From the IMG/VR virus record IMGVR_UViG_3300045988_090463, positions 12,472 through 76,471 of that record: 64,000 nt of DNA; one strand, 5' to 3'. Positions 7,816 through 17,673 of the stretch are shown one piece after another. Below the pieces are notes generated by a model. The model worked only from the letters and a program-made list of their open reading frames with translations, did not search any database and was not told the DNA's origin. The stretch is from a virus. Position 1 is the first letter of the stretch, and every line of letters starts with the position of its first letter. The translations under genes and the position numbers were made by a program.

Positions 7816-9483
7816 TTACACTTTGCAAATATCTTTTGCAGCCACAAATCCGTAGTACTTGCCTGCAATGCGGACATAGTGCCATGAAACACCGTTTGTT
7901 GCTTTCTGAGTGAAATTCATCACGTCAACAAGGTTGCCTCTCACAAGCTTAGGCCATTTCTTAATAGACGGATAGTTGCCACCGGCCCACGTGCGTACAA
8001 CCGTAGATGCCGCAGATACTTTTCCGACAAAGAGACGCTGCGTCTTGTTCTGCTTATTGGTGATTGTAGTCGGTTTGCTTTTAGCTCTGTCAACTTGCAG
8101 ATACTTAGTTGCCGCCCATCCAATGCCGATTCCAGCAACTTTAATTTTCGTCCACATACCGGATTTCTCGCCGTTAATTTCTACACGATTTCCCTTGTTG
8201 ATCTGTCCGAGAACATATCCGTTCGGTGTCTCGCGGATGTACAGGTCGTCAACCGTGGATGTGGCTGTGCCGGTTGCTTTCCATGTTTCTACAACAGGTT
8301 TCTCTTCTCCCCATGCAATCCAGATATAGCCGTCGATTACCGGATCACTGCGAAGATAGCGTTTATTTCGGCAGGATCCGCCGTTTGCAATGACTCCTGC
8401 TGCACTTGAAGTGTTTCCTTCGTTGGTGTAGATGTACGTATTGCTATAAGAGCGGACAGATCCGATGTGAGAGCCATCACGGAAGATAACAAGTGCTCCA
8501 TCTTTTGGCGTGCTGTGCCATGTACCATTTTTCTTCGCCCAGTTGGTGATTGACACACAGTTGTAAAATCCACCGCCCATGATCTGTAATGCTTTTGTAA
8601 TACCTAAGACTTTCGCCAACTTCCAGAACTGATATACCGCGCACCATGGCTGCCCCTGACATCCCGGCTGCCCCCAAGAATTTACATCACGGGCAAATTT
8701 GGTGTAGTTATTGTATCCGGCATTTTTCTGGAAATCGTCAAGATAAGCGTTTGTGCGTTTTTCCAGATACGGTTTATTGCCGCCATTGTTTGCATAATAA
8801 TCACCGAGTTCTGTGAATTTTTGTAATTTTGTTTTCGCCACTGTCATTGCCTCCTTTTTTGCATATTTTCGAATCATTTCGATGACTTTCTTTTGCCTTG
8901 CCGTATAGTCACCAACCTGATTCGGTCTCGGGTCTGCTGGATCTGTACACAATGCTGCATAAATGGTTTCTGAAGTATAAGGCTTTTTGGTCTTACTCAG
9001 GATCCTCTGTAATGCAGATGCGCCGCCCTGATGAATAATGTTGATGCATTCCATCATGGCATCGTCCGGCATGGTTCCGTATTTCTTCGTGATACTTTCA
9101 GAATATTCGGCAATCTGTTCTTCCATCAGCTCATCCTGACACTTGATACCGAGATTGGAACTGATGATAGAAATGATACATTTCGCTTTTGCGGATGACG
9201 GGGAAATCGCATAGGTAGACCAGTTCTTTTTCAACAGGTCAGATTCAAGCCCCTGAGTGTCCATTTTTTTGAATAGTGCCGGATTTCCTCTCTGTATTTT
9301 CTGCAAGAGTCGTTTGGCTTCACCTGCATACCACTGACCAGCTCCGATAGTAATTGCTTTTTCGTTCGGAGTGTTTGCACCGGCACCAATGAACGCATTG
9401 TAACGTTGTTTTCCATATACCTGTCCGCCGGTTTCGACCGCATATAAGATTTTCCTAAGTACTGCGATATTTTCTTTTAGCAT
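7816..9483 (-). CDS. multidomain endolysin (N-terminal glycosidase-like domain, CHAP-type peptidase, two SH3-like domains)
   Basis: 555 aa. CHAP signature: GQPWCAVYQFW ... GSHIGSV ... NEGNTS. Two C-terminal SH3-like repeats. Last gene of the late region. Confidence 0.8.
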   Translation of the reverse strand: MLKENIAVLRKILYAVETGGQVYGKQRYNAFIGAGANTPNEKAITIGAGQWYAGEAKRLLQKIQRGNPALFKKMDTQGLESDLLKKNWSTYAISPSSAKAKCIISIISSNLGIKCQDELMEEQIAEYSESITKKYGTMPDDAMMECINIIHQGGASALQRILSKTKKPYTSETIYAALCTDPADPRPNQVGDYTARQKKVIEMIRKYAKKEAMTVAKTKLQKFTELGDYYANNGGNKPYLEKRTNAYLDDFQKNAGYNNYTKFARDVNSWGQPGCQGQPWCAVYQFWKLAKVLGITKALQIMGGGFYNCVSITNWAKKNGTWHSTPKDGALVIFRDGSHIGSVRSYSNTYIYTNEGNTSSAAGVIANGGSCRNKRYLRSDPVIDGYIWIAWGEEKPVVETWKATGTATSTVDDLYIRETPNGYVLGQINKGNRVEINGEKSGMWTKIKVAGIGIGWAATKYLQVDRAKSKPTTITNKQNKTQRLFVGKVSAASTVVRTWAGGNYPSIKKWPKLVRGNLVDVMNFTQKATNGVSWHYVRIAGKYYGFVAAKDICKV

Positions 9484-9556
9484 TCTTTTGACCTCTCTTT
9501 CTATTTCAGCTCACTACCTCACACAGAGGTAGACAGCTGTTTCTGTACGTGCCAGT

Positions 9557-10003
9557 TTAAGAAACTTTCGTGAACTGTAAAATATCAAATGTACCAGCGC
9601 CAGAATGACTTTCACTCCAGCAACCAAACCATGCATACAACTTGTTTCCATTAACCTCATATTTGGTGCAGATAAGCCAGCCAGTGCTTCGGCAGATGGG
9701 GATACATATTGCGTCATCACTGACTTTGTTGAATGTGGCCGTTTTTTCACTTGTAATCGAACCAGCGGGCACATCAGCAACTGATATGGTCACAGTATCA
9801 ACCCTCGCCAGTACATATTTCCCTGTCAAATTCGTGTTTAGCAAATTAATTCCCAGCTTCTCTTTCAGCCATGTAATCATATTCGCAACTGTAAGTTTTT
9901 TCAGTGTATTTCCACTAAACGTTCCGACCGGTATCAAATCGGTGTCTGCTAATTCTTCCACACTTGCCAAATTGTTTAATGCATCGGTCTTTAATGATTC
10001 CAT
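9557..10003 (-). CDS. hypothetical protein at the tail-fibre/lysis junction
   Basis: 148-aa ORF with no TM segments, so not a holin. Confidence 0.35.
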   Translation of the reverse strand: MESLKTDALNNLASVEELADTDLIPVGTFSGNTLKKLTVANMITWLKEKLGINLLNTNLTGKYVLARVDTVTISVADVPAGSITSEKTATFNKVSDDAICIPICRSTGWLICTKYEVNGNKLYAWFGCWSESHSGAGTFDILQFTKVS

Positions 10004-10007
10004 GCAA

Positions 10008-13000
10008 TCACTCCTTTCTTATCAACTTTTTAATTTCTTGAATCTCTTGCTTAAGACTATCTATTTCTGTTTTCTGTTTCTTTATCATGGCGAACATAGC
10101 CGGTATCATGATTCTTTCGTTCCAGTTTTCAGTTTTCCCGTTTATATGGTCTACTGCCAGCGGAAAATATTTTTCAACATCTTCTGCAATGAACATTGGA
10201 AATTCAACGCCGTTTCGTTCGTCACTCTCATCAATGTACCCGTCTTTGTATTTTGCCATTCTAGGGCAAATACCATACAGATTTTCGACAAATTCCTTTG
10301 ATAGCTCACCGCCGAGCACTTTATATCTTTTGGATGATGAGCTGAATTTCGAAATCTGATATGTATTCATATTAATATAGGCGTTATATCCGGTTGTTAC
10401 GGTTGGATATTTATAAACGCTACAACCCTCTCGCAGAAGCATCGGTTTATGTATCTCTATATCGTCATTTTTCTTAAATTCTGCAACTCCATTAACAGTC
10501 AAATTATCAAGAGTAGCTTCCCCCTTGTAGCATCTAAAACTATTATAGATAGTTGTATAATAATAATCACTTACAATAGGAGTATATGGATTTGTTTTCG
10601 AATCAATGCCATTAGCCAAGTAAAACTCAATTTGAGATTCTGCCATTATTTCCGTTACATAATAACCGTCTGATTCGTACCAATATATTCCGATATCAAG
10701 ATATGAAAGAATAGCTCCATCCCATTCCGATAATCTCAAGCCATTTTTATTTGGATTAATAAATTTTAGTTCTTTGTTATTTAAATCATCACCATATAAT
10801 AAACCTCTGTTTTCAAGAGAAAGTATCAAATTTCCATTCTTATCATAATTTTTCAGTATACCGTTTCCGTTGTTTACACCGCCCAATGAAAGTTCTCCGC
10901 CGAGTGCTGCACTGAAACTTATGAACAACCTTCCATTTTTGTAATACAACCCATTCCACTTTCCGTCATCGGTAAGGATTTTTACAATTTCCGTTTGCGT
11001 CAGCGCGTCTACATCAAGTACCACTGCAACGCTCTGCATATCGTACATATTTACAGTTCCGCCAGCCTGATACAGTCGGCACCTGATATTTGTAATATCT
11101 CGCGGAATACCTATCGTAGTACCATTTCCATCTGTGATCGTCTGCCCTGTTTCATCGGTCAGGATTGTATACAGGTAATGTTTTACCGTATTTTCATCGG
11201 ACGAACTGGTATATATGGTATTCCATGTAGTGCCATCTGCGGTTTCTTCAACTACAAACCGTCCTGAGTACGGATGTCGCTCTGCTTCGTTGCCATCGCG
11301 ATAGTATGCTTTAAATTCCAGAAAATTCGGACTGATTACTTTGTCTGAACCGCGTTTCAGGACATTGCAAGACGGCTCAAGGATATACGTCCTTCCGGGA
11401 ATCCCCTGTGCACCAGCTTTTATTTTTGATACGGTAAATCTTTTTGCAACTGACAAATTATCAAGATATGTAGCTTTTATATCTATCCATCCATTATCAG
11501 CAGACAATCCGGTAACATTGTATATATGTGTTGCATCACTCCAAGATCCTGTGATACTGTCAGATTTTGTAATCGTATAACTGCAGTCATTTGTGATGTC
11601 TGACGAACCATACATTACCGTAGCTTTGGTAGATACAGTTGGAAAATCTGTAATATTTCCATCGGCATCAGTCGCAATTGTCTGTATGTCATTAGACAGC
11701 TGTAAAGTCATGTTTTGAGCTTTTAATGCAACTTCATCAGAGTATTTCTTGCTCTCCTCTAAATTATCTGCCAAAGCTTCAGATACTGTTTTCGCACCAA
11801 TTAATACGCAATCGCCACTAATATATACTTTTTTAGTATCCATATCTACTTGAAAAAGTAGATTTCCATTGGAATCTTTTACCGTGATTGCGCCAGCGTT
11901 AATCCATTCAGCGTTCACACCAACTGCATTCAGGATTCTGACAATGGTATCGCCGTCAACTGTCATGCCACCATTCCAAGTCTGTCCACCATCGGTAGAT
12001 ACTCCCCATGCTTCCGAGGTCATCTTCCAGATAGCTTTGGATTCTGCCAGAGTTGGTTTGTCATGCAAATAAAAGATTTTGCTTCCATTTTCCTGCGGCT
12101 CAACAGTAGTATAAACTCCTGTTGCTGAATCAATTCTTTTTCCAAATTCTTCAAGAGCTTTTTCTCTCTCGGTTTTTTCCTGCTTAACCATATTTCTTGC
12201 AGCAACAAATGCCTGCGTCGTCTGGGAATATCGGGTGCTGCTATTTTTAGCAGCGCTTTTGGCATTACAAGCTATCTTCTGACCGGATCCCGGTTTCAAT
12301 GTAGTTGTGGTAAGTAGAGATGTGTATATTTTTCCATTTCTATCCACAATAATCAGTGAATCTCCGGCTTCCAGAGCCACATCTGTAGGGCACTCGGATT
12401 CAAATGGTCTAAATCTCATGCCAATGCATTTTTCGGAGATTATTGAAGCAATCGTCTGTCCATCGCCAACACGAATTAATTTATTACCAGAAATTCCAAG
12501 GACATATCCCTCTGTACCAACCATGTAAGTTTGCGGATTATCAGAAGAGGATTCGCTGTATTCAGTTACTTTCACGCCTGTGATTATTACATCTGTATGA
12601 TGCGGTGTAAATCCATAGGTGGTTTCTATTTCAGAAATGTTACCTTTTTCGTCAGTTGCAAAAAGCCTCAGAATCCCATCATTTTCAAGAAGCGTACCAT
12701 TGTCAGCCGACAACACACCATCTGAGTTCGAGAAGTTAAGATTAACGTTGCTTCCGTCCTGTGTTTTTAATACGCCAAGTTCATCAACTGTAAGTTCTTC
12801 TTCATTGACAGAACCGTACCAATTGATGCACAATCTGCCATATTCATCGCATTTCATCCACTGGCAGCCAATCTGCGCAACCCACTGTAGAACCTGGCGA
12901 AATGTTAAAGCTTCGTCATTTGGACGATTTTGCACAATGTAATCATCTCTATAAAAGTTTAAAGTTTGCAAAGTAACTCCACATATCTCGCAGGCATCTC

Positions 13001-13460
13001 GTACAATCTGCCCTCTTGTTGCCGGATACTTCAATTTGCTGTCTGAATAGTTCCGATCAAACTTATGTATATTATCTTCGCATGTAAGGTCTATGGTAAC
13101 TGTTTCATCTTCTGGCTGTTCAACTACTGTTGCTGTGCAAATGCGAATTTTTTCTGTAGTCCCATCATCAAATTCCATACCGACATAGCAGATAACTTCT
13201 GCTCCGTCAAAATCATAATCCGAATATTTCCCATCAAAGTTATTAATGCTCAAGGTCAGCACATTGATGATTGTTGAACCAATATCAAAGCTACTATCCC
13301 CGGACACGGAATCTTCAAACGAGAATCCATTTGCCCACAGATCAGCACTGGCCAGATTAAGAACTGTTCCATCTTTGAGGGTAATATCCGCATATTTGAT
13401 ATACTGCACGTCCATACCAGTATTCACTTTTTCTTTCCATTTGTCTGATAAAATCCTCAT
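10008..13460 (-). CDS. tail tip / receptor-binding protein with C-terminal S74-type intramolecular chaperone
   Basis: 1150 aa downstream of the distal tail gene. The C-terminus FPMFIAEDVEKYFPLAVDH...WNERIMIPAMFAMIKKQ plus a coiled coil is typical of the auto-cleaving chaperone domain. Confidence 0.75.
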   Translation of the reverse strand: MRILSDKWKEKVNTGMDVQYIKYADITLKDGTVLNLASADLWANGFSFEDSVSGDSSFDIGSTIINVLTLSINNFDGKYSDYDFDGAEVICYVGMEFDDGTTEKIRICTATVVEQPEDETVTIDLTCEDNIHKFDRNYSDSKLKYPATRGQIVRDACEICGVTLQTLNFYRDDYIVQNRPNDEALTFRQVLQWVAQIGCQWMKCDEYGRLCINWYGSVNEEELTVDELGVLKTQDGSNVNLNFSNSDGVLSADNGTLLENDGILRLFATDEKGNISEIETTYGFTPHHTDVIITGVKVTEYSESSSDNPQTYMVGTEGYVLGISGNKLIRVGDGQTIASIISEKCIGMRFRPFESECPTDVALEAGDSLIIVDRNGKIYTSLLTTTTLKPGSGQKIACNAKSAAKNSSTRYSQTTQAFVAARNMVKQEKTEREKALEEFGKRIDSATGVYTTVEPQENGSKIFYLHDKPTLAESKAIWKMTSEAWGVSTDGGQTWNGGMTVDGDTIVRILNAVGVNAEWINAGAITVKDSNGNLLFQVDMDTKKVYISGDCVLIGAKTVSEALADNLEESKKYSDEVALKAQNMTLQLSNDIQTIATDADGNITDFPTVSTKATVMYGSSDITNDCSYTITKSDSITGSWSDATHIYNVTGLSADNGWIDIKATYLDNLSVAKRFTVSKIKAGAQGIPGRTYILEPSCNVLKRGSDKVISPNFLEFKAYYRDGNEAERHPYSGRFVVEETADGTTWNTIYTSSSDENTVKHYLYTILTDETGQTITDGNGTTIGIPRDITNIRCRLYQAGGTVNMYDMQSVAVVLDVDALTQTEIVKILTDDGKWNGLYYKNGRLFISFSAALGGELSLGGVNNGNGILKNYDKNGNLILSLENRGLLYGDDLNNKELKFINPNKNGLRLSEWDGAILSYLDIGIYWYESDGYYVTEIMAESQIEFYLANGIDSKTNPYTPIVSDYYYTTIYNSFRCYKGEATLDNLTVNGVAEFKKNDDIEIHKPMLLREGCSVYKYPTVTTGYNAYINMNTYQISKFSSSSKRYKVLGGELSKEFVENLYGICPRMAKYKDGYIDESDERNGVEFPMFIAEDVEKYFPLAVDHINGKTENWNERIMIPAMFAMIKKQKTEIDSLKQEIQEIKKLIRKE

Positions 13461-13463
13461 GTT

Positions 13464-13826
13464 CTACCTCTCAATAACATCAAAACTGATAGATTCAGTC
13501 CTTTGGTTTCCGACCCACCACCATTTAACAGGCGCACTCCTGTCGCCAACATAAAACGTTCTGGTTTCGTATTTTCCAGACATCATATCTGGATATGTAA
13601 TTTGGATGTACTCGGGATTGAACGCTTGGAGAATCTTAGCTGTAGTAGCCCAATCTTTACCGTTCCACTGCAAAGCTAATTTCCTTTTTTGCGCTACCCT
13701 GTTTTTATGCATGACAGAGTCATCAGATCTTCCTGATTTTGCCGCTGATACGTCCTGTAATCCCCATGTGTAGGAAGACGGGCAAGGCATCGAGACATCG
13801 TTTACTTTTAAAAATATTTCTGCCAT
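13464..13826 (-). CDS. distal tail protein-like small tail component
   Basis: Start MAEIFLKV after GAGGTG. Immediately precedes the tail-tip gene (4-nt gap). Confidence 0.5.
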   Translation of the reverse strand: MAEIFLKVNDVSMPCPSSYTWGLQDVSAAKSGRSDDSVMHKNRVAQKRKLALQWNGKDWATTAKILQAFNPEYIQITYPDMMSGKYETRTFYVGDRSAPVKWWWVGNQRTESISFDVIER

Positions 13827-13840
13827 ATAACACCTCATAA

Positions 13841-13872
13841 AAGAAAAAGCACCTTCCCGAAAGAAGATGCTT
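13841..13872 (-). terminator. intrinsic terminator closing the inserted cassette
   Basis: Minus sense AGCAUCUUC...GAAGGUGCU (one G:U pair) followed by UUUUUCUUUU. Confidence 0.65.
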
Positions 13873-13886
13873 AATTACACGAAAAT

Positions 13887-13911
13887 AGCGTCTATCGCTC
13901 TGATAGACGCT
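13887..13911 (-). terminator. 10-bp perfect hairpin followed by AUUUUCG
   Basis: AGCGTCTATC-gctct-GATAGACGCT. Confidence 0.5.
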
Positions 13912-13923
13912 CTATGATTCTTT

Positions 13924-13968
13924 ATTCTATCACATATACAAGGTGAGATTCAGTAAGAAAAAGTTATA
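13924..13968 (-). promoter_or_regulatory. diverged copy (A) of the conserved late-region box plus TGaTAGAAT
   Basis: Minus sense TTTTTCTTACTGAAT-18 nt-TAGAAT. Shares the CTTACTGAAT core with the boxes at 24714 and 36710. Confidence 0.4.
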
Positions 13969-14289
13969 TTAATGTTTCTTTTGGATATCAGAAATGAATC
14001 TTTCGAATTGCTCTTTGCAAAATGTCTCATAATCCGTATTCCTCATAAGAAGTGCCCGATTCTTTAATTCTTTCAGTGCCTGCAAAAACATAGGTACATC
14101 TTTTTCCTTTACTTTGCAGATTACGACAACATAATTTTTCTCTCTGTGTTTGTAGTCCCCGCAGAATTTTACTCGGACTTTATTCTCTATAAAAATCCGA
14201 TCAGCAAGAAATCCCATTGTGTCTATGTAGGCAAATTGTTTGTTCCTGAAAAAATGACTTCTTCCAAGTTCAATATAATTAGTCTGCAT
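13969..14289 (-). CDS. hypothetical protein (106 aa)
   Basis: Start MQTNYIELG after AGAGGT. Last gene of the cassette. Confidence 0.45.
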   Translation of the reverse strand: MQTNYIELGRSHFFRNKQFAYIDTMGFLADRIFIENKVRVKFCGDYKHREKNYVVVICKVKEKDVPMFLQALKELKNRALLMRNTDYETFCKEQFERFISDIQKKH

Positions 14290-14305
14290 TTCTATATACC
14301 TCTTA

Positions 14306-14938
14306 TTAATCCAATAACGTAGTATCAATAATCTGGAAGTTTGCCCTGTGAATATAAAGGGCTTTCCCGTCGATCATAAGTTTTGTCATTTTAGGTAATT
14401 TCTTCGGAATCTTCCAATACACCTCGTCACCAGAATATGCTGTGATAGGTTGTCCGAGTTGCGATTTAATAACTACCACTCGGGATTTTCCAAAATAATT
14501 TTTATATTGGTTTACGATTCCGGCAATATATGTATTTTCATCAATCTTTCCGGTGGATTGACTGTAAATATCTGTCTGTTCAAAATCTACATCCGGTTCC
14601 AATCCGTCTTGCTCGAATATACAGGTGTCTCCGCAGCTCTGAATTTCTTTTCCGTCAATGTTGATGGTAATTACAGACGACATTTCATATCCAGTAATCA
14701 CAGAACCGTCACTGTCGTATGATGTTGTTTTGACCGGATTTCCTTTTACGTTGATTTTGTCCCCGATTGTAGTCATAACCTTTTCACCATAGTTGTCGTA
14801 TGTATGGATGGTATATCCATTTCCAGCAAGATCGCCTTTGATATCATTGAGCGTATCGTCCAACAGAGCACATCCTGTAGCCCCCGTAACGAGGAATAAA
14901 CATAAAATTGCAAGTAGCACATTTTTGAATTTTTTCAT
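14306..14938 (-). CDS. lipoprotein
   Basis: MKKFKNVLLAILCLFLVTGATGC carries a lipobox. Confidence 0.6.
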   Translation of the reverse strand: MKKFKNVLLAILCLFLVTGATGCALLDDTLNDIKGDLAGNGYTIHTYDNYGEKVMTTIGDKINVKGNPVKTTSYDSDGSVITGYEMSSVITINIDGKEIQSCGDTCIFEQDGLEPDVDFEQTDIYSQSTGKIDENTYIAGIVNQYKNYFGKSRVVVIKSQLGQPITAYSGDEVYWKIPKKLPKMTKLMIDGKALYIHRANFQIIDTTLLD

Positions 14939-14939
14939 T

Positions 14940-15269
14940 TTACCACTTCTCCTTTAACTGATTAATTGGTGTTCCAGCTACTCCGGCACTTTCTCCGCTG
15001 TCAGTAGCTTTGAAATACGCACCTTTGATTTGTGGATACATAAATTCGAACATCAAATAATTCGCAGCATCGCAAAGATACTCCGTGTTACCAGTTTTCA
15101 GATATTTTTTGACACACATATCATGAGATTCTATGGCATTTACCAATTTCTCGCCGAAATTATCTTTTGCAGTGCCGTATTTGTAAAAACTGACTTCTAC
15201 TCGATTTTGTCTCAGTTCGTCAAATCTGTCTGAATACTCTGCTGGCATTTCTTTTCCAAGTCTACTCAT
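14940..15269 (-). CDS. hypothetical protein (109 aa)
   Basis: Compact ORF in the cassette. No motif I can name. Confidence 0.45.
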   Translation of the reverse strand: MSRLGKEMPAEYSDRFDELRQNRVEVSFYKYGTAKDNFGEKLVNAIESHDMCVKKYLKTGNTEYLCDAANYLMFEFMYPQIKGAYFKATDSGESAGVAGTPINQLKEKW

Positions 15270-15381
15270 TTCTTTCTCACTTTCTAATTAATTACTGTAT
15301 CGTTTTCCATCTAAAATCCATTTGAAGCATCTATGTGAGGAAATAATCGCCCTCTGTATTTAAAATAGATTTTAGGCTGTT

Positions 15382-15669
15382 TTATTCAATGAATATCTGT
15401 CCTTCATATTTTTCAAATCTGTACTTCTGTGAAATATCTGGATATTTTTCTTTATCAACCAAACTGTAAAACATTTTTTGTGGTCTGGCATATAGTTTTC
15501 TTTCTCCATACAAAGCACGGTAAATTATCAGCGGTTCGTCTGTCTCTGTATGCTTTGCTTCGCCGACAATCTTATACAGGTAATCATTGCTCCGCAAATC
15601 ACTGACGGTTTCTCTCTTGAAATGTTTTACTATGTCCCCCGGTTCAAACAATGGTCTGTCTATTGGCAT
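15382..15669 (-). CDS. DUF1653-like protein
   Basis: The pattern [10 protein letters not shown]...[36 protein letters not shown] matches my recollection of DUF1653. Confidence 0.55.
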   Translation of the reverse strand: MPIDRPLFEPGDIVKHFKRETVSDLRSNDYLYKIVGEAKHTETDEPLIIYRALYGERKLYARPQKMFYSLVDKEKYPDISQKYRFEKYEGQIFIE

Positions 15670-15673
15670 ATTT

Positions 15674-16702
15674 TCATTCCTCCCGTTTCTGTTTCACGCG
15701 GTTATACAAAATGTTCTGTGTCCTTTCTGTGAAGAACAGCCAGATACGATAATCGCAACCCATACCGTTATTCTTCCCAATGTCAGAGCCGAAATATTCG
15801 TCCATCATGTCCAGATAATACCCCGGCTCATCGTCCTCTTCGACTATTCCGTCTTTCACCATATCCAAGTCAGCATTTCGAATCATACTCAGGAACTGGT
15901 CAAGGTCATTTGCGTAGACTATCGGATGTCGTTCTCCTCGATACTGTTTGAACTTTTCAAAAAACTGTTTGACCAATGCCATAGTCAGGCAGATGTCGTG
16001 GTCTTCCAAAATATCTTCTTTGTCCCCGTACAGAGAATTAAATCCATTGTACAGGATTGTCGGTAGTTCTTCGTCTTTGTAATCGACAGAGCGATTCTTT
16101 TTCGCATGTGCGTACCGTTCCTGCTTCTGCTCTTTCGTTCTAGGTGGTATATTATTAATATTTATATTATTATTAAGAGCAGAAGTCTTTACTCCTTTAC
16201 CAGACGATGGTAAAGTCTTTTCCTCTGCACTTGATAAAGTACAGTCTTTATCTGTATCAGTAATTGATTTATCAGTAGTTGATATATCAGTTCTTTTATT
16301 ATGGGGGTGATGTTCTACCTCTGGGACTTCTAGGGCTAGGGTTTCTATACCTTGAAAAAAAGCCTCTTGATTATTGTTATTGTCAGATACCTCATGCGGA
16401 GTTTCGTAAATGTTATAAATGTACTCAAACTTAGATCGTCCCTCTTCTTTGCAAGGCTTTTTCTTATCCACAATAAGATACCCCGTTGCTTTTAACTCTT
16501 TTATGGTTGATTTCACTGCCGTTTCATTTTCCTTTAAAATTGCACATAACCCGGGAATAGAATAGTTCCAAGAATCCGGTAATGAAAACATTACAGATAA
16601 AAGCCCTTTTGCTTTTAAACTCAAATCCTTATCTCTAAGATGATGATTACTCATCAGCGTGTAATTCTTTGTTTTGTGTACTCTAAATACTGCCATAATC
16701 AC
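15674..16702 (-). CDS. winged-HTH protein of mobile-element initiator/regulator type
   Basis: N-terminus [43 protein letters not shown]. Asn-rich linker. 342 aa. Confidence 0.5.
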   Translation of the reverse strand: MIMAVFRVHKTKNYTLMSNHHLRDKDLSLKAKGLLSVMFSLPDSWNYSIPGLCAILKENETAVKSTIKELKATGYLIVDKKKPCKEEGRSKFEYIYNIYETPHEVSDNNNNQEAFFQGIETLALEVPEVEHHPHNKRTDISTTDKSITDTDKDCTLSSAEEKTLPSSGKGVKTSALNNNININNIPPRTKEQKQERYAHAKKNRSVDYKDEELPTILYNGFNSLYGDKEDILEDHDICLTMALVKQFFEKFKQYRGERHPIVYANDLDQFLSMIRNADLDMVKDGIVEEDDEPGYYLDMMDEYFGSDIGKNNGMGCDYRIWLFFTERTQNILYNRVKQKREE

Positions 16703-17421
16703 ACTGCCTCCCTTTCTGAATTATTAAGTGGAATTTCACTGAAATCTCGAAGTATATCTATTCCACTATGAAACAGTTCGGAAGAATCTTCTGTTTTGCA
16801 ATCTTCATTAAGAACCGGATTATTTTCAGCGATAAGTAATATTTCCAAAATGTTTGTATCTGCAATATTGTTCACTGTATAAAACATTACTCGGGTAATT
16901 TTTGCTGAGTTTTTTCGTTCCCTATAAGATGACGTGATTCTTTGCGATAAATCAATTGATTTTCCAATATATAAAATGGTATTGTCTTCGCCAATAAAAG
17001 CGTATATGCCATGAACTTTATACAAATTATCACACAAAAACAGCATTGATTCTATCGGAAAATCTTTACTACACTCAACGACATCTTCATTGTTCTTTTC
17101 TATAATGGATTCTCTCCATAATATCCGTGCATATGCGTCTTTATTTTTTGATATAAAGTCAGATACATCACCATATCGACTATTCTCATCAAATCTTTTG
17201 TATCCATAACAAGCCCGTGAAATTGCATTAGCATAATCAATTTGACGAACACTCGCTTTTTTCCAATTGCATTTTTTATATTCCTCTTCGTGTTCTCTGA
17301 TAAATTCACTGACATCATAATAACTATCGCTTTCACTAAAAGCTGCTTCAATATTCAGCGCATCAGCAATTGCTCTGGCAAATTTTAATTGTCTTGGGGA
17401 AACTAATTTTCGACCGTTCAT
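16699..17421 (-). CDS. GIY-YIG nuclease with a duplicated N-terminal domain
   Basis: GIYAFIGEDNTILYIGKS...R...E motifs. Start MNGRKL follows GGAGG. N-terminal repeat is SPRQLKFARAIADA / SVRQIDYANAISRA. Confidence 0.7.
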   Translation of the reverse strand: MNGRKLVSPRQLKFARAIADALNIEAAFSESDSYYDVSEFIREHEEEYKKCNWKKASVRQIDYANAISRACYGYKRFDENSRYGDVSDFISKNKDAYARILWRESIIEKNNEDVVECSKDFPIESMLFLCDNLYKVHGIYAFIGEDNTILYIGKSIDLSQRITSSYRERKNSAKITRVMFYTVNNIADTNILEILLIAENNPVLNEDCKTEDSSELFHSGIDILRDFSEIPLNNSEREAV

Positions 17422-17479
17422 ATAGATAACCTCCATGTCGTTAATGTGTGACTGCCTTGTAGCCACAGATCCATGATTT

Positions 17480-17541
17480 ATAAAAACAACAGGCAGGTGC
17501 ATCATGGAATTGCACTTGTCCCCCGTCGGGTTAGCCTGTTG
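17480..17541 (-). promoter_or_regulatory. second leader hairpin plus U-tract
   Basis: CAACAGGC...GCCTGTTG followed by TTTTTAT, about 60 nt before the GIY-YIG start. Confidence 0.4.
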
Positions 17542-17553
17542 GTTTTACCAAAC

Positions 17554-17613
17554 AAAAAAGAGCACACCAAAGAATCGTGAGGTTTTTCCCTCGTTTCATC
17601 TTTAGTGTGCTCT
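17554..17613 (-). promoter_or_regulatory. first leader hairpin plus U-tract (attenuator-like)
   Basis: AGAGCACAC...GTGTGCTCT followed by TTTTTTG, about 35 nt downstream of the cassette promoter. Confidence 0.45.
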
Positions 17614-17644
17614 CTTCAACAAATGTAATAACTATTTCTCGTTT

Positions 17645-17673
17645 AGTATATCAAATTCTACCGCAAAAATCAA
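17645..17673 (-). promoter_or_regulatory. near-consensus promoter of the cassette
   Basis: Minus sense TTGATT-17 nt-(TGa)TATACT. The -35 overlaps the tape-measure stop codon. Confidence 0.55.

Larger units (their letters stand above)
13839..17673 (-). mobile_element. autonomous six-gene cassette inserted between the tape measure and distal tail genes
   Basis: Own promoter, a structured leader, six non-structural ORFs including a GIY-YIG nuclease, and tandem terminators. Confidence 0.4.

Noticed and set aside
9514-9780. 88-aa ORF next to the endolysin, considered as the missing holin.
   Set aside because: It overlaps the better-supported 148-aa ORF in another frame. It has no convincing TM pair and no SD.
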